From assembly GCF_009914755.1 (NCBI RefSeq), contig NC_060940.1: a DNA stretch of 64,000 nt. One strand, given 5' to 3'. This DNA is from the human T2T-CHM13v2.0 reference genome, Homo sapiens. The position numbers were made by a program, and so were the translations under genes. Numbering within the stretch: position 1 is the first letter of the stretch; every line of letters starts with the position of its first letter. Below are positions 39,443-52,479 of the stretch, piece by piece. Under the pieces are notes generated by a model. That model had not been told where the DNA came from and did not search any database. It worked only from the letters and a program-made list of their open reading frames with translations.

Positions 39443-42400
39443 AGGTTAGCAGGTGGGGTAGAAGAGTCGTCTGCAGTATTAAAAAGTACTATAGAAAACA
39501 GATTCATATGTAATTAGGAAGATTAATCACACTTTCTCACAAGCAAGTAAGTTTACCTCTAAAAATGATTGACAACTTTTGCTTTATTTCAAGGAGAAGT
39601 AGCATCAAATTTAATAATAATAATAAAAAAAGCTGCCAAAATCTTACCCAAGTAAATACATTTGGAAAAGAATCCATCTCTTGGCTTATGGGGAAAATAA
39701 TAAAAAGATGTGTAGTGATGACACATTTCAGGAATAAATTTACAGACGATTGTTGAATACAATTCCACAAAGAGACCTTAGGGAAGGAGAGTCTATACAG
39801 TAATTAAATCACTTGTTACCCTCACACTTTGGCAGATCTACAGAGATGTCACTTAAGGGAATTTGAAGACTGCTCTCCTGTGGGAGCACTTCACTTTGGG
39901 GAACCTGAAGCTTTATTTAAACAGGTCATTTGCTCAATAGATTCTAACAGTGATTATAGCAGTGACAGATTTTCTTGTTATTGTAAGACATGTAACAAAC
40001 CTTTCATTTATTCACCTACCAAGCCAAGTTGGATTTGTTCAATGGAGGTAGTTATACTTTAAATGTTTCAGAATAAGGATTTTGGATACTTTAAAAAAAT
40101 CTAAAATTAATGGAATGGAAACTAGTGCTATTGTTATATTCTCTGAATCCAACCATCAGTCTTACATATTATTAACATTGTATAGAGGACAAAATGCAGG
40201 ACCTGCCTGCTCAGTAAAGGCACCCATTTAGGAAATGCTGCAAGGTTCTTTTACCAGAAAGTGTGAGACTATGGATCAGAGTGTCCAAATTATCTGGTCA
40301 GTCATTTGAGGGTGAAGCATGGAGGTGAATAACAAGAAGCTATAGTATCAAATAGGGACTGATGAAGCAGGAAAAGACAGAAAGAGATAGTAGACAGAGC
40401 AGGAGCCTGGGAGGCCAGATTTCCTTTGCTGAAGTTGGGGATGTGGTACAGAAACATCTGCAGTTTGGTTTTGCAGATAGCCAAGATGCACAAGAGTAGG
40501 CAGTCCAGGTGAATTGTGCAAGACAGATTTTTTTTCCCCCTTTTCTCATGTCTCACCCACTTTACTTGGTAGGAAAATACTTGATAGGAGGGATATTGCA
40601 GGTGGATTGTAACAACAGGCCATGGAATCACACAGACCAGAAAGCAATGCAGGCTCTGAAATTTAGCACCTTGGAACATTTACTTAGCCATGATCTACCT
40701 TGGTTTCCTCATTCGTACAAAGATGGTTAAAAATTGTAGATACCTTAAAAGGTTATTGCGATTAATGATTATTGGACTTCAGTACTGACTTAATAGCTAT
40801 GATAAAACAGCTGATAATAAGTCAGCAGACTCTGAAGAGTCTCTGTACCTTGATTATTGACAAATTCATTGTTTCACTTCTTACTGAAGGACATGTGTGT
40901 GGGGAGGGAATGGGGAACTGGTTCACAACATAATCTAAAGGAGATCAAAAATCTGTAGGGACAGGTACCCAGTGATAATAATATATATGAAAACACAAGC
41001 CATTTTTATTCTTCATCCCAATTAACTTGAGATACTCTAATGATGAAGCACTCAATTGCACTATAACCTCCTTGAGTGAAGTGCAGCTTGTTTCCTCTCT
41101 CAGTTTTTGTTTCTTTTTAATATGCAAATGTGAGTGTGCGATCTTCAGTGTGTCTGCATAAGCTAACTTAAAAGTGAATTTAAGTACGGTTTTCTGAAAC
41201 ATTTCTACTGAAATAAATTACTTAAAATTTAAAAAAAGGTTATTGTGAAAATAAGTCAGTAATACTTATTTTCTCTGTGCTTAACATTGAGTCCAGCACA
41301 AAATAAGCTCAAATAATGTAAACTGCTATGATCACCAGATGCATTATTTAGCTTCCTACCACTTTGTGTAGCACATTTATCACCTGGACTTATAGTGGAT
41401 ATTAAACAAATACATATATTTACATGTAGTTTTTTCTGCATTAGGTCATTGTCTATATATGTCCAAGAACTTACAATTTATGTAAAATGCATTCATCACA
41501 ACATTGCAAAAAGTTCATCAGAACAAATGAAATACACTAGATTTTTATAAGTATAAATCTTAATAATTCAAAATTATAATATGAGTGGAAAACCATGTAT
41601 TTACTCAGAGGACCATGAAAGGAATAGGTGAGAAATGGAAAAAGACTCAGTAGCTGAACACTTGTGCTTATGCAAAGATTACTTTAATCCACCATAATCA
41701 GAAAGCACTGTTTTCCATTTATCAAAATGTATGTATTCAGATGTACACACTTGAGCTCAGCCAGTCATATGGCACCCGCTTTGTAAAACAACTGGTTTAT
41801 GGTAAAGAGGAAGTCTAGGACCAAGGAACAATGCAAAGGACATGGGTATGTGACAATCTCAAAAATGTGAGAAAGAATCTTGCAGCTAAGCTGCTGCAAA
41901 CCAATTTTATCTCAATAGGACATGCTAAATCATGGCTTATCACCACCTCCACTGTCACCTTCCTATTTAAAACACCTTCCTTGGACTAATTAAGATATGT
42001 AATCAGATTATTTACCATGCCTAGTAAAGCCTGGAAACATATTTGTGCCATGAAGATAATCACTCATCAACATTCTGAAATGTGTTGATCACAACAAGCA
42101 ACACAGAGAGGAAATCTGTATTAATGACTATTTCTAAGACAAAGGGATGGTGGTAGATTATTTGTAAATATGTCAGAAAATGTTATGTAGGTTTCGGACA
42201 TTTTATCAAGAAGATAAATATGAACAAACTGTAATCTGCAAAAGACTTCTGCCAGTTGGGACAGGAGAAAATATATATGAATCACAAAATTTTCCTGAAT
42301 TAGTTACCTTTACTTTGTGTTATTAGAGTTTAAATTTATAGGTAATCTTGTGTACAAAGTGTCAAATCTGTTGTAATAATATTAAATAACTTAGTGTTTC

Positions 42401-43254
42401 AGATTAAAGTTGAATATGAATTATATATATATGAATTTTTGATTATCTTAAAATTATATCATAAATCTGATAATTTATAAAATTATCAGTCTAGATTTTA
42501 TAGATTTTGAATTGATCATTAAATTTAAAGGCATAATTTTGCTTATCAGACCAGTGTGTAACTTCTTATAATACATTTAAAGTACAAAAAAAATCTTAAT
42601 TTTCATTTACTTGTAGAGTACAAAAAGTACGACTATATTCTAACATTTTTCTTGGTCAGGAAATGATTTCAATAAACTTATATTATTTTTATTTCTGTCA
42701 AGGGGAAAACATGAACAAACAATAGATTTATATCAGAGGACTGATGATATAACCTCAGATACTTTAAGATTGCCTTCATTATAATTTTATTCTCAATTAT
42801 TCTATATCAGATTATGTTAAAACTTTAAGCTAAAGTCTCATTATTTTGGAGACAGGACATGAATCCTTTCTCAATAATAAAAAAAATGATATCTTTGAGA
42901 ATTTTCTTCCATTCAGAATGAACCACAATATTTTTCCTACCATAAATATAAACAATGCACATTGCAATATATCTTTCTTTAGTTTAGAAATAGCTATTTT
43001 CTTCCAATATACAATTTTTTGCTGTTTCATTTTTATTCTTATTTACACTCTTTAGCACTCTAACATCTTGTTATAAAATTACAAATAATAGATTCAGATC
43101 TTTACTATATTAAATAAATCTCAAAGGCCCAATTGATCTGAAATATGAGTCTCAGAACTTGAGAAGATTTTTACATTAACTTTACATGACTCATATTTAA
43201 AGTAATTTAAACAAAGATTACAATGAATATACCACTATTATTTTATTTTTCATT

Positions 43255-44240
43255 CTTTATTTTTATCATTGGATTTCTTGTTTCTTATTGGTATATAATA
43301 TTTGTACATATTTTTGGTGAACATATGATATTTCATTACATGCATAGAGTCTGTATAATGATCCAGTCAGGGTATTTGAGGTGTCCATCACCTCTAGTAT
43401 TTATCAGTTTTATGTATTGAGAACATTTCAAGTCCTCTCTTCTACCTATTTTGAATATACAATACATTGCTGTTATCTATGTCACCCTACTCTGCTATCA
43501 AGCATTATAACTTATTCCTTCCATCTAACTGTATGTTTGTACCCATCAACCAACCTCTCTTTAATCACTCCATACAAATAAATACCCTTTCCAGGATCTG
43601 ATATTAACCATTCTACTCTCTACCTCCATGAGATCAACTTTGTTAGCTCCCACATGTGAATGAAAATATGCAATATTCGCCCTTCTGTTCCTGGCTTATT
43701 TCACTTAACTCTAGATTCATTCATGTTGCTGCAAATGGCATGATTTCATTCTTTTTTATGGTTGAATAGTATTCGGTGTGTGTGTGTGTGTGTCACATTT
43801 TCTTTATTCATTTGCCCATTGATGGACATTTAGGTTTTTTCCATATCTTTCCTATTGTGAATAGTGCCGCAGTACACATGGGAGTGCGGATGTTTCTTTG
43901 ATACATCAATTTATTTTCCTTTAGATGAAAACCCAATAGTGGGATTGCTGGATCTATGGTAAATCTATTTTTAGATTTTTTTTTTTTTAGAAATCACACT
44001 CTTTTTCACAGTGACTGAACTTATTTACATTATCACCAACAACATATAATAATTCTTATTTATCCTACCCTCACCAGCACCTGCTTATTTTTGCCTTTTT
44101 AATTATAGCCATTCTAACTAGGGTAAGGTAATATTTCATTGTGGTTTTGATGTGTATTTCCCTGATGATTAGTGACGTTGAAAATTTCTGTCCTGTGTAT
44201 ATCTTCTTTTGAGAAAAGACTGTTCCTGTATTTTATTCAT
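43255..44240 (-). mobile_element. L1MA-type 3' end fragment
   Basis: Antisense 3' UTR and ORF2 end: ccattctactctctacctccatgagatcaac...ctggcttatttcacttaac...cctgatgattagtga. Confidence 0.88.
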
Positions 44241-47200
44241 TTGTTTAAAATTACATAAATTTATGGGGTACAAGTGTAATTTTTTTTACATGCATAGATT
44301 TCACAGTGATGAAGTCAGGGCTTTTAGGCTATCCATCACCAGAATAATGCACATTGTACCCATTAAGTGATTTCTCATCATCTGTCCCCCTCCTACCCAC
44401 CCTTCTGAGTTTTCATTGTCTGTCATTCCAAACTCTACATCTATGTGTACACAATATTAGCTCTCACTTATGAGAACAGGTGGTATTTGTCCTTTTGTGC
44501 CAAAGTTGTTATACTTAAGATCATTGCTTCCAGTTCTCTTTATGTTGCTACAAATGACTTGATTTCATTTTTCATGCCGGATTAGTACTTCATTGTTTAT
44601 ACATCTCACAGTTTTTTCATCCATTTTTCTATGGATGGTCACTTGGTTGATTCTATCCTTGTTGTTGTAAGTAGTGTTGTGATAAACATGAGTGCAGGTA
44701 ACATTTTGCTAACATGATTTATTTTTTCCTTGGGTAGATACCCAGCATAGCATTGCTGGATCAAATGATAGTTCTATTTGTAGCTCTTTGAGAAATCTCC
44801 TTACCGTTTTCCATAGAGATTTTATTAATTTACATCCTTACCAAAAGTGTATAAGACTTACCTTTTCTCCACATGCTTGCCAACATCTGATATTTCTTGT
44901 CTTTTTAATAATTACCATTATGAATGGTGTAAAATGATATTTCACTGTGGTTTTCATTTGGATTTCGCTGATGATTAGTAATGTTGAGCATTTTTTCATA
45001 TGCTTGTTGGTAATCTGTATGTTTTCTTTTGCAAAACATTTATTCATGCCCTTTGCCCACTTTGTAATGGGATTATTTAGGGTTTTATTTTTTTACAGTT
45101 GAGTTTCTTGTACATTCTGGATATTAGCCTTTTACGAGGTGAACAGTTTGCAAATATTTTGCCCATTGAACAGGTTGATTCTTCATTCTGTTAATTTTTT
45201 TCATTGCTGTGCAGAATATTTTAGTTTACTATACTTCTATATGTCTATTTTTGTTTTTATTGCTTATGCTTGTGAGGCATTAGCCATTAAATCTCTACCT
45301 AGACTAATGTCCTGAAGTGTTTCCGTGTCTTCTTCTTGTTTTATAGTTTTAGTTCTTACTTTTAAGTCTTTAATCCATCTTCACTTGATTTCTGTATATA
45401 ATGAACAATAGGGGTCCAGTTTCATTCTTCTGCATATAGTTATCTAGTTTTCCCAGCACCGTTTATTGAAGAGTGTGTCCTTTCCCTAGTGTAGGTTCTT
45501 GACACTTTTATCAAATTCAATTGGCTATAAACACATCAATTTATTTCTGGGTTGTCTATTCTCTTTCATTGGTCTAGGTTTCTGTTTTTACAGCACTACT
45601 ATACTGTTTGGTTACTATACCCTTGTGATATCTTTCAAAGACAGGGAGTGTGATGCCTCCAGCTTTGTTCTTTTTGCTTGAGATTGCTTTGCCTGTTAGG
45701 GCTTTTTTGGTGCCAGGAAAACTGGATGGCTATATGTAAATTTTTGGATTTATTTTTTCTATTTCTATGAAAAACTGCATTGGTATTTTGATAAAAATTG
45801 CATTGAATCTATAGATTGCTTTGGGCAGTATGGCTATTTTACAGATATTAATGAGCATGAGAAGTATTTCCATTTTTCGTGTTCTTTACAATTTCTTTCA
45901 TCAGTCTTTTGTCCATTTCCTTGTAGAACTCTTTCACCACTTTGGTTAAATTTATACCTAAGTATTTGTTTATAGCTATTGCAAATGGGGTTTCTTTCTT
46001 GATTACTTTCTCAGCTTATTTATTATTGGATTATAGAAACACTACTGATTTTTGTATGTTGATTTTGTATCCTGTAACTTTACTGAATTTATTTATCAGA
46101 TCTAAGAATGCTTTGGTAGTGTCTTTAGGTTTTTCTGTATGTAGGATTATATCATTAGGAAAGAGGGATAATTTGACTTTCTCTTTTCTAGTTTGAATGC
46201 GTTTTATTTTTTTCTCTTGCCTGATTGTTCTGGCTACGACTTCCAGTATTACGTTGAATAGTACTGGTGAAAGGAAGCATCTTTGTCTTGTGCCAATACT
46301 TAGAGGAAACACTTTCAGCTTTTCCCATTCAGTATATTAGCCTTTATTATGTTGAGGTATGTTCCTTCTCTGCATAGTTTATTGAGAATTTCTGTTATAC
46401 AGAAACACTGAATTTTATCACTTGCCTTTCTGTATCTATTGAGATGATCATATGGTTTTTTTTCATTCTGTTAATGTGATATATCACATTTATTAATTTG
46501 CATTCTCTGATCCATCTCTGGAATTGCACATGATCATGGTGTATTATCTTTTTGATGTGCTATTAAATTTGGTTTGCTAATATTCCATTGAGGATTTTTG
46601 TGTCTATGTTCATTAAGGATATTGGTCTGTAGTTTTCTTTTTTTGTTGTGTCTTTGTCTGATTTTGGTATCAGGGTATTTCTGGCCTCATAGAACGAGTT
46701 ACGGAGAAATTCCTCCTCTTCAATTTTTTGGAATAGTTTGAGAGGAATTGGTGTTAGTTCTTTGTAAATTTGGTAGACTTCATCAGGGAAGCTGCCCCCA
46801 GTCCTGGACTTTTCTTTGTTGTAAGACATTTATTATTGAGTCAGCCTAATTACTTGATATTGGTCTATTCAAGTTTTATATTTTTCCTGATTCAATCTGT
46901 GTAGAATGTATGTGTCTGGAATTCATCCACTTTCTCTATATTTTCCAGATTTTTTGTGTTATAGTTGTTCATAGTAGCCTTGATGATCTTCTGTGTTTCT
47001 GTGGTATCAGTTGTAATGTTTCCTTTTTCCTTTTTGATTTTATTTGGATTTTATCTCTTTGTTTGATTTGTCTATCTAGTACTTTATCAATTTTGTTTAT
47101 CGTTTCAAAAAACCAACTTTTTCTTTTATTGACTCTTTGTGTCATCTTTTAGTCTATATTTAGTTTAGTTCTGGCCTCATATTTATTATTTCTTTCCTTC

Positions 47201-50200
47201 AATTAATTTCGGATTAGATTTTTTACTGCTTTTCTGTTCTTTCAGGTGTATCATTTGATTTTGTATTTAAAATCTTTCTACTATTTTATGTAGGCATTTG
47301 TTGCTATAAATTTTCTTCCTAGCACTGCTTTTGCTGTATTCCATAGGATTTTGTATGTTATGTTATGAAACAGCTTTTACTAGTTTCAAAACATTTGTAG
47401 ATTTTCTCCTCAATTTCTTCCTTGAACCTATGGTCATTTAAAAACATGTTGTTCAATTTTTATGTATTTGTACAGTTTTCAAAGCTCCTTTTGTTATTAA
47501 TTTCTTGTTTTATTCCACTGTGGTCTGAAAATACACATGATATGATTCAGTATTTTGAAATTTTGAGGAACTTGTTTTGTTTCATAACATACGGTTTATC
47601 CTGGTGAGTGTTCTATTTGCTGATGAGAAGAATGTGTTTTATGTAGCTATCGGATGAAATGTTCTGTAAATGTCTGTTATGTTCATTTGTCTAAACTGCA
47701 GCTTAAATCCAATATTTCTTTATTAATCTTATATCTAGATGATATGTCTAACACAGAGTAGAATGTTGAAGTATCTAACGATTATTGTATTGCAGTCTAT
47801 TTCTCCATTTACATATGATATTATTTGTTTTATATATCTGGGCGCTGTAGTGTTGGGTGCATAGATGTTCAGATTGCCATCTTACCGTCCTGCATTAACC
47901 CCTTTATCATTATATAATGACCTTATATGTTCAGATTGTTATATTACCCTTCTGCATTAACCTCTTTATCATTATATAATGACCTTCTGTATAGTTTTTT
48001 ACTGTTTTTGACTTAAAGTCTATTTTATCTGATACAAGTATAGATACTCCTGCTTACTTCAGTATTTGTTGTGCATGGAGTATCTTTTTCCATCCCTTTA
48101 CTTTCAGCCTTTATGTGTCTTTACATGGGAGTTCAATTTCTTGTAGGCAGCACATAGTTGGGTCCAGTATTTTTTATATATCCAACCAATCAATATCTTA
48201 TTAATGGAAAATTTAACTCACTTCCATTTAAGGCCATTATTGATATGTGAGGGCTTATTTCTGTTATTTTATTAATTAGTTTTTGGTGGTTTGCTATATC
48301 CTTTGTTTCTGTCTTTCTGTTATTGCTTATATTGTGTTTGGTAGTTTTTTGTAATGGTAACAGTTGAGTTATTTGTCTTTCTTATTGTGTGTTTGTGCTA
48401 CCATTGGATTTTATACTTTTGTGTGTATTCATTACAGTAGATGTTCTCCTTTCATTTTCAGATTTCAGACTCTCTTAAACATTTCTTGTAGGGCTAGTCT
48501 AGTAGTAATAAATTCCCTTGGCTTCTGCTTGTCTGAGAAAGAATTTATTTCCTCTTCATGTATGAAGAATGTATTTGCTGGGTGTAGGGTTCTTATAGCT
48601 GTTTCCTGTTCTCTTTCAGCACTTTGAATATATCATTTAATTCTCTCCTGGCCTATAGGGTTTCTGTTGAAAAATCCACTTGTTTCTCTGATGTAAGTTA
48701 TCTTATAACTGACTGGATGCCTTTCTCTTGCTGCTCATCTTTTGAAAGGGGCACCAAAATTTTGAATGTTTGATTGCTTTATGGTGTGTCATGTGTCACG
48801 TAGGCTTTGTTTATTCTTTTTTATTATTTTAAACATTTATTTGCATTTGACTGCATTACTTAAAAAGACCTGTCTTGGAGTTCTGAGATTTTTGTCTTCT
48901 GTTTGATCTCCTACATCATTGAAATTTTGAATGTATTTTGTATTTCATTTAAATAATTCTTCAGTTCCAGAATTTCTGTTTGGTATTTTATGATATCTAT
49001 CTCTTTGGTAAATCTCTCATTCAAATCCTGAATTGTTTTTCTGATTTGCTTGCATTGTTTTTCTGTATTCTCTTGTATCTCACTGAGCTTCCTTAATATG
49101 ATTATTTTTATTTTTTCTGGGATTTTACAAATTTCTTTTTAATTAGGATCTTTTCCTGGAGAATTATTGCATTACTTTGGGGACATAATATTTCATTGCT
49201 ATTTCATGTTTTTGTGTGTTTGTGCCTTTACATTATCAGTGCATTGGGTGTAAGCATCTTTTCTTCAATTTTTTGGAATTTGCTTTCACTGGGGAAGACT
49301 TTTTTGAAGATATGTGTATGGTGTTGGTTGTGTAAGGCACTTTGGGTTTGCGTCTAGGTGCATACATTAGTGTAGTCTTCTCTGTTTGATTTCTTTGGCT
49401 GTAAATAGCATCAGTAGTGTCTGCAATTTCCACCAGTGCTAGTGAAGACTGTGATGAATTTTTTCTGAGGATAAGGATGCAGGAGAACCTATCCTTAGGT
49501 CCAAGTGGTAGCAGTGGCACACCAAGCATGCTTGTCCTTGGACCCCAGGGTTGCATACACTGACACTGCTGTTGGTACATCCAGATGGAACAATTTGGGG
49601 ACCGCTAAGAGTCTTACTCATATGCCAGTAGTGGCACAAGTGTTCCAGGCAGGTGGGTGGGTTCTCAAGCCTCTGGGTGCTACACAGGCAATGGCATTAG
49701 CAGTGTCTGGACAACCCTCTGGCTCTCAAGTGGCCCACACTGGTGCTGGTATTAGCCATGACAAGCTGAGTGGGACAGTCCCCAGGCCTACAGGTGGCAC
49801 ATGCAAGTGGGTAACAGCTGTTAAACAGTAGTTGCAGGCTGAGTGGCCCCAACCTCAGGCCCCTGAGAGGAGTGCTCAGATGCCAACAGTGTGTTAACTG
49901 GGCTGGGTGAGCCCCAGGCCTCTGGACAGCATGCTCAGGTATTGGTGAGACAGAGTGAGGCCAGGCAGACCTGTCCTCTGGTCCCTGCGTAGTGCATGCA
50001 GGCACTGGCTGTGGTAGTTAGTGCCAGGATATTCCCCAAGCCCCTTGTAGAATGCTTAGCAGCAGCTGTGCTACAGCACTGATAACGGAGAGAACAGTTT
50101 TTGTTTGTTTGTTTGTCTGTTTGTTTTTAAGGTTAAGCAGCTATATACAGATCACTGGAGTAACATACACTTCACATGAGCTTTGGCCTTGACAGCAGCA

Positions 50201-50857
50201 AGCAACACCATGGCAGCTGCAAGCAGAGAAGTTTGTCTTTGGGGCATGTGAGAATGCATGATACCTTCACTGGTGGAGACAGCAGGATTGTTGTCAGTGG
50301 TTCATGCTTCAGCCCTGGTGACAAGAGCCAGCCACAGTTGTGGCTGCTAATGAGGAATGTCAATGTGCTGCAGGATTGTGGAGATAAGGGGCTCTTGAGC
50401 TCCTGGACAGGATGCAGTCTGGTGGGAGCTGGGCTCTTAATATGGCACCTTGCTGTAGCTTCTCAGGACTTGGGAGGTATGTGGGACCCAGTGTGACCTC
50501 CCTCTCTGGGGCAATACCTTTGCATCATCTTTAGGTGGTTTCCTATGTTAGTCTCAGTGCCTGTGCCTGTGAGTCTAGGAGCTCTTCTGTGGCTAGGACT
50601 GCAGGAGTCCACAGTGGGAATGTGGAACACTGGGGGTCTCTCACAACTTCCTCCCATTGGGAAGCATCTCTGGACTCCCAGCTGATCCCAGATGAGCGGG
50701 CTGCCTCCTTTTCCTCTCCTTTCCTTTAGGTATATCCTGTCACTTTTCTGTTCCTGTCATTGTTCTCTCTTAAATGATCTATTCAAAGTGTGATTGTCTA
50801 CTCACATTTTGGTTTTTCTTTATGGAGGTGGTAGATACCAGATGCTTCTAGTCAGCT
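44241..50857 (-). mobile_element. Near full-length decayed L1M (L1MA-type): 3' UTR, ORF2, ORF1 remnant, GC-richer 5' UTR
   Basis: Minus-strand ORFs 46031-46312 ([19 protein letters not shown]...[10 protein letters not shown]) and 46563-46829 ([12 protein letters not shown]); GC-richer 49400-50750; ends gcttctagtcagc like L1M 5' termini. Confidence 0.9.
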
Positions 50858-51069
50858 AGTGAGTATCTTACTTTTTTCAATTCATTTTGTATGTTTTGCT
50901 ATATCTTCTCTTTGCTTGCCATTTGTCTACCTCTTTGTAAGTTTTAAAATAAACATTTTGTTTTTATTATTAATGTTTATCTATATCTTTTATTATAATA
51001 TATAGTAGTCAACATTAATTTATTTTATTTTCAAAATTAATATTTGATTTTATATTTGTCATTTTTCTT

Positions 51070-51330
51070 TGCAAATTGAGTTATTTACTAGATGAGAGGA
51101 CAGTGCAATTCAGCCTTAACCAAGCAGGCTTTGAAATCGGACATGTGTTGTGATTCAACCTCTGCTAATTCCACCTTGGATGAATTACTTATCTTTTCCA
51201 AACTTTGTTATTTAAATAATGTTGATGAACTCACCTATCTTTCAAGGTTGTTGAAAGGATGAAGTGGAATGAACCATATGAATTTCTAAATGCACAAAGT
51301 AGCATATCCAAAGCTGTTAATAAATAATGT
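51070..51330 (+). mobile_element. MIR fragment
   Basis: ggctttgaaatcggac...accttggatgaattactt...acctatctttcaaggttgttgaaaggat. Confidence 0.6.
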
Positions 51331-51766
51331 GTATTATCACTATTGCAGTATTTAAAATCATCACCCTATTTAACATTGTCACATTTTGTTTTCTTCTTCT
51401 CATCTTCTTCAATTTAGTTTAGATTGTAAAAATATTATTAGGGACTTGAAATCAGTTTCATGGCTTTCGTTTCAGTGATCACCTTGAAAACCTTATTTTT
51501 CAATATTTTTATTTCTGTATTTTTAAATTATTAACATTTTATATTTTCATCATCCTTGAAAGTCCTCTTTTTACTGAGAATTCACACAAATTAAAATTGT
51601 GTAATGTTAATTATTTGGGAGAAGGAGTATAATGAAATTTCTTTTAAATTTTTTCTCTATTATCAAATACCAGGCACTAAACTTAGACCACTGTATGCCC
51701 ATGCCAGTTAAATATTCAACATTATACTAAGATTTATATTATAAAGTTTTTTGAAGATGTTATCCA

Positions 51767-52063
51767 TTTGTTTTTTGTTTTTGAGATAGAGCCTTGCTCT
51801 ATAGCCCAGGCTGGACTACAGTGGCACAATCTTGGCTAACTGCAACCTCTGCCTCCCAAGGTCAAGCAATTCTCTTGCCTCAGGCTCCTGAGTAGCTGGG
51901 ATTACAGATGTGCACCACCATGCCCAGCTAATTTTTGTATTTTTAGTAGAGACAGTGTTTTGCCATGTTGGCCATGCTGGTCTCGAACTCCCGACCTCAG
52001 GTGATCTGCCCGCCTCGGCCTCCCAAAGTGCTGGGATTATAGGCATGAGCCACTGCACTGGCC
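51767..52063 (-). mobile_element. AluS (Sx/Sz-like)
   Basis: ttgagatagagccttgctct...cctcaggtgatctgcccgcctcggcctcccaaagtgctgggatt...ggcc. Confidence 0.95.
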
Positions 52064-52479
52064 TGTTTTTGTTTGTTTGTTTGTTTGTTTTTTATTAAAT
52101 CTGATCATTGTAACAAAAGCAGGTAAACCTAAAATACTATATTGTTTTCTCTTCTCATAATTTAGTTAAAAGAAAATTGTTCACTTAAAGCAAAAAGCGT
52201 AACAATGTCAGTTAGGGTTTATAATGATAAGCAACTATTGCATAGAGGAGAAGGCAATATTGAATGGGTAAATTAAATTATACTCTTATAAGGTTATTAC
52301 ATTTGTGATGTGGGAAGCATCAAGATAAAGTCTAAAGCATCAGAAGGTACAATAGAGCCTAAAGAGTTAAAACTGCATTATTGCTAGGCCTAGCTAAGAA
52401 ATCAATAGAGGAAATAAAATGGTCACTAAAACATTTTTTTATGAATCCAAGCAATTCATTAAGGAAGCAACAGAAGAAC

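Noticed and set aside
42467-42489. 10-bp inverted repeat ctgataattt/aaattatcag
   Set aside because: Short and in low-complexity AT-rich DNA; compatible with chance
49236-50729. Cluster of 60-114 aa ORFs in GC-richer sequence, possible gene or promoter
   Set aside because: Lies within the 5' region of the old L1; CpG-depleted, not an island
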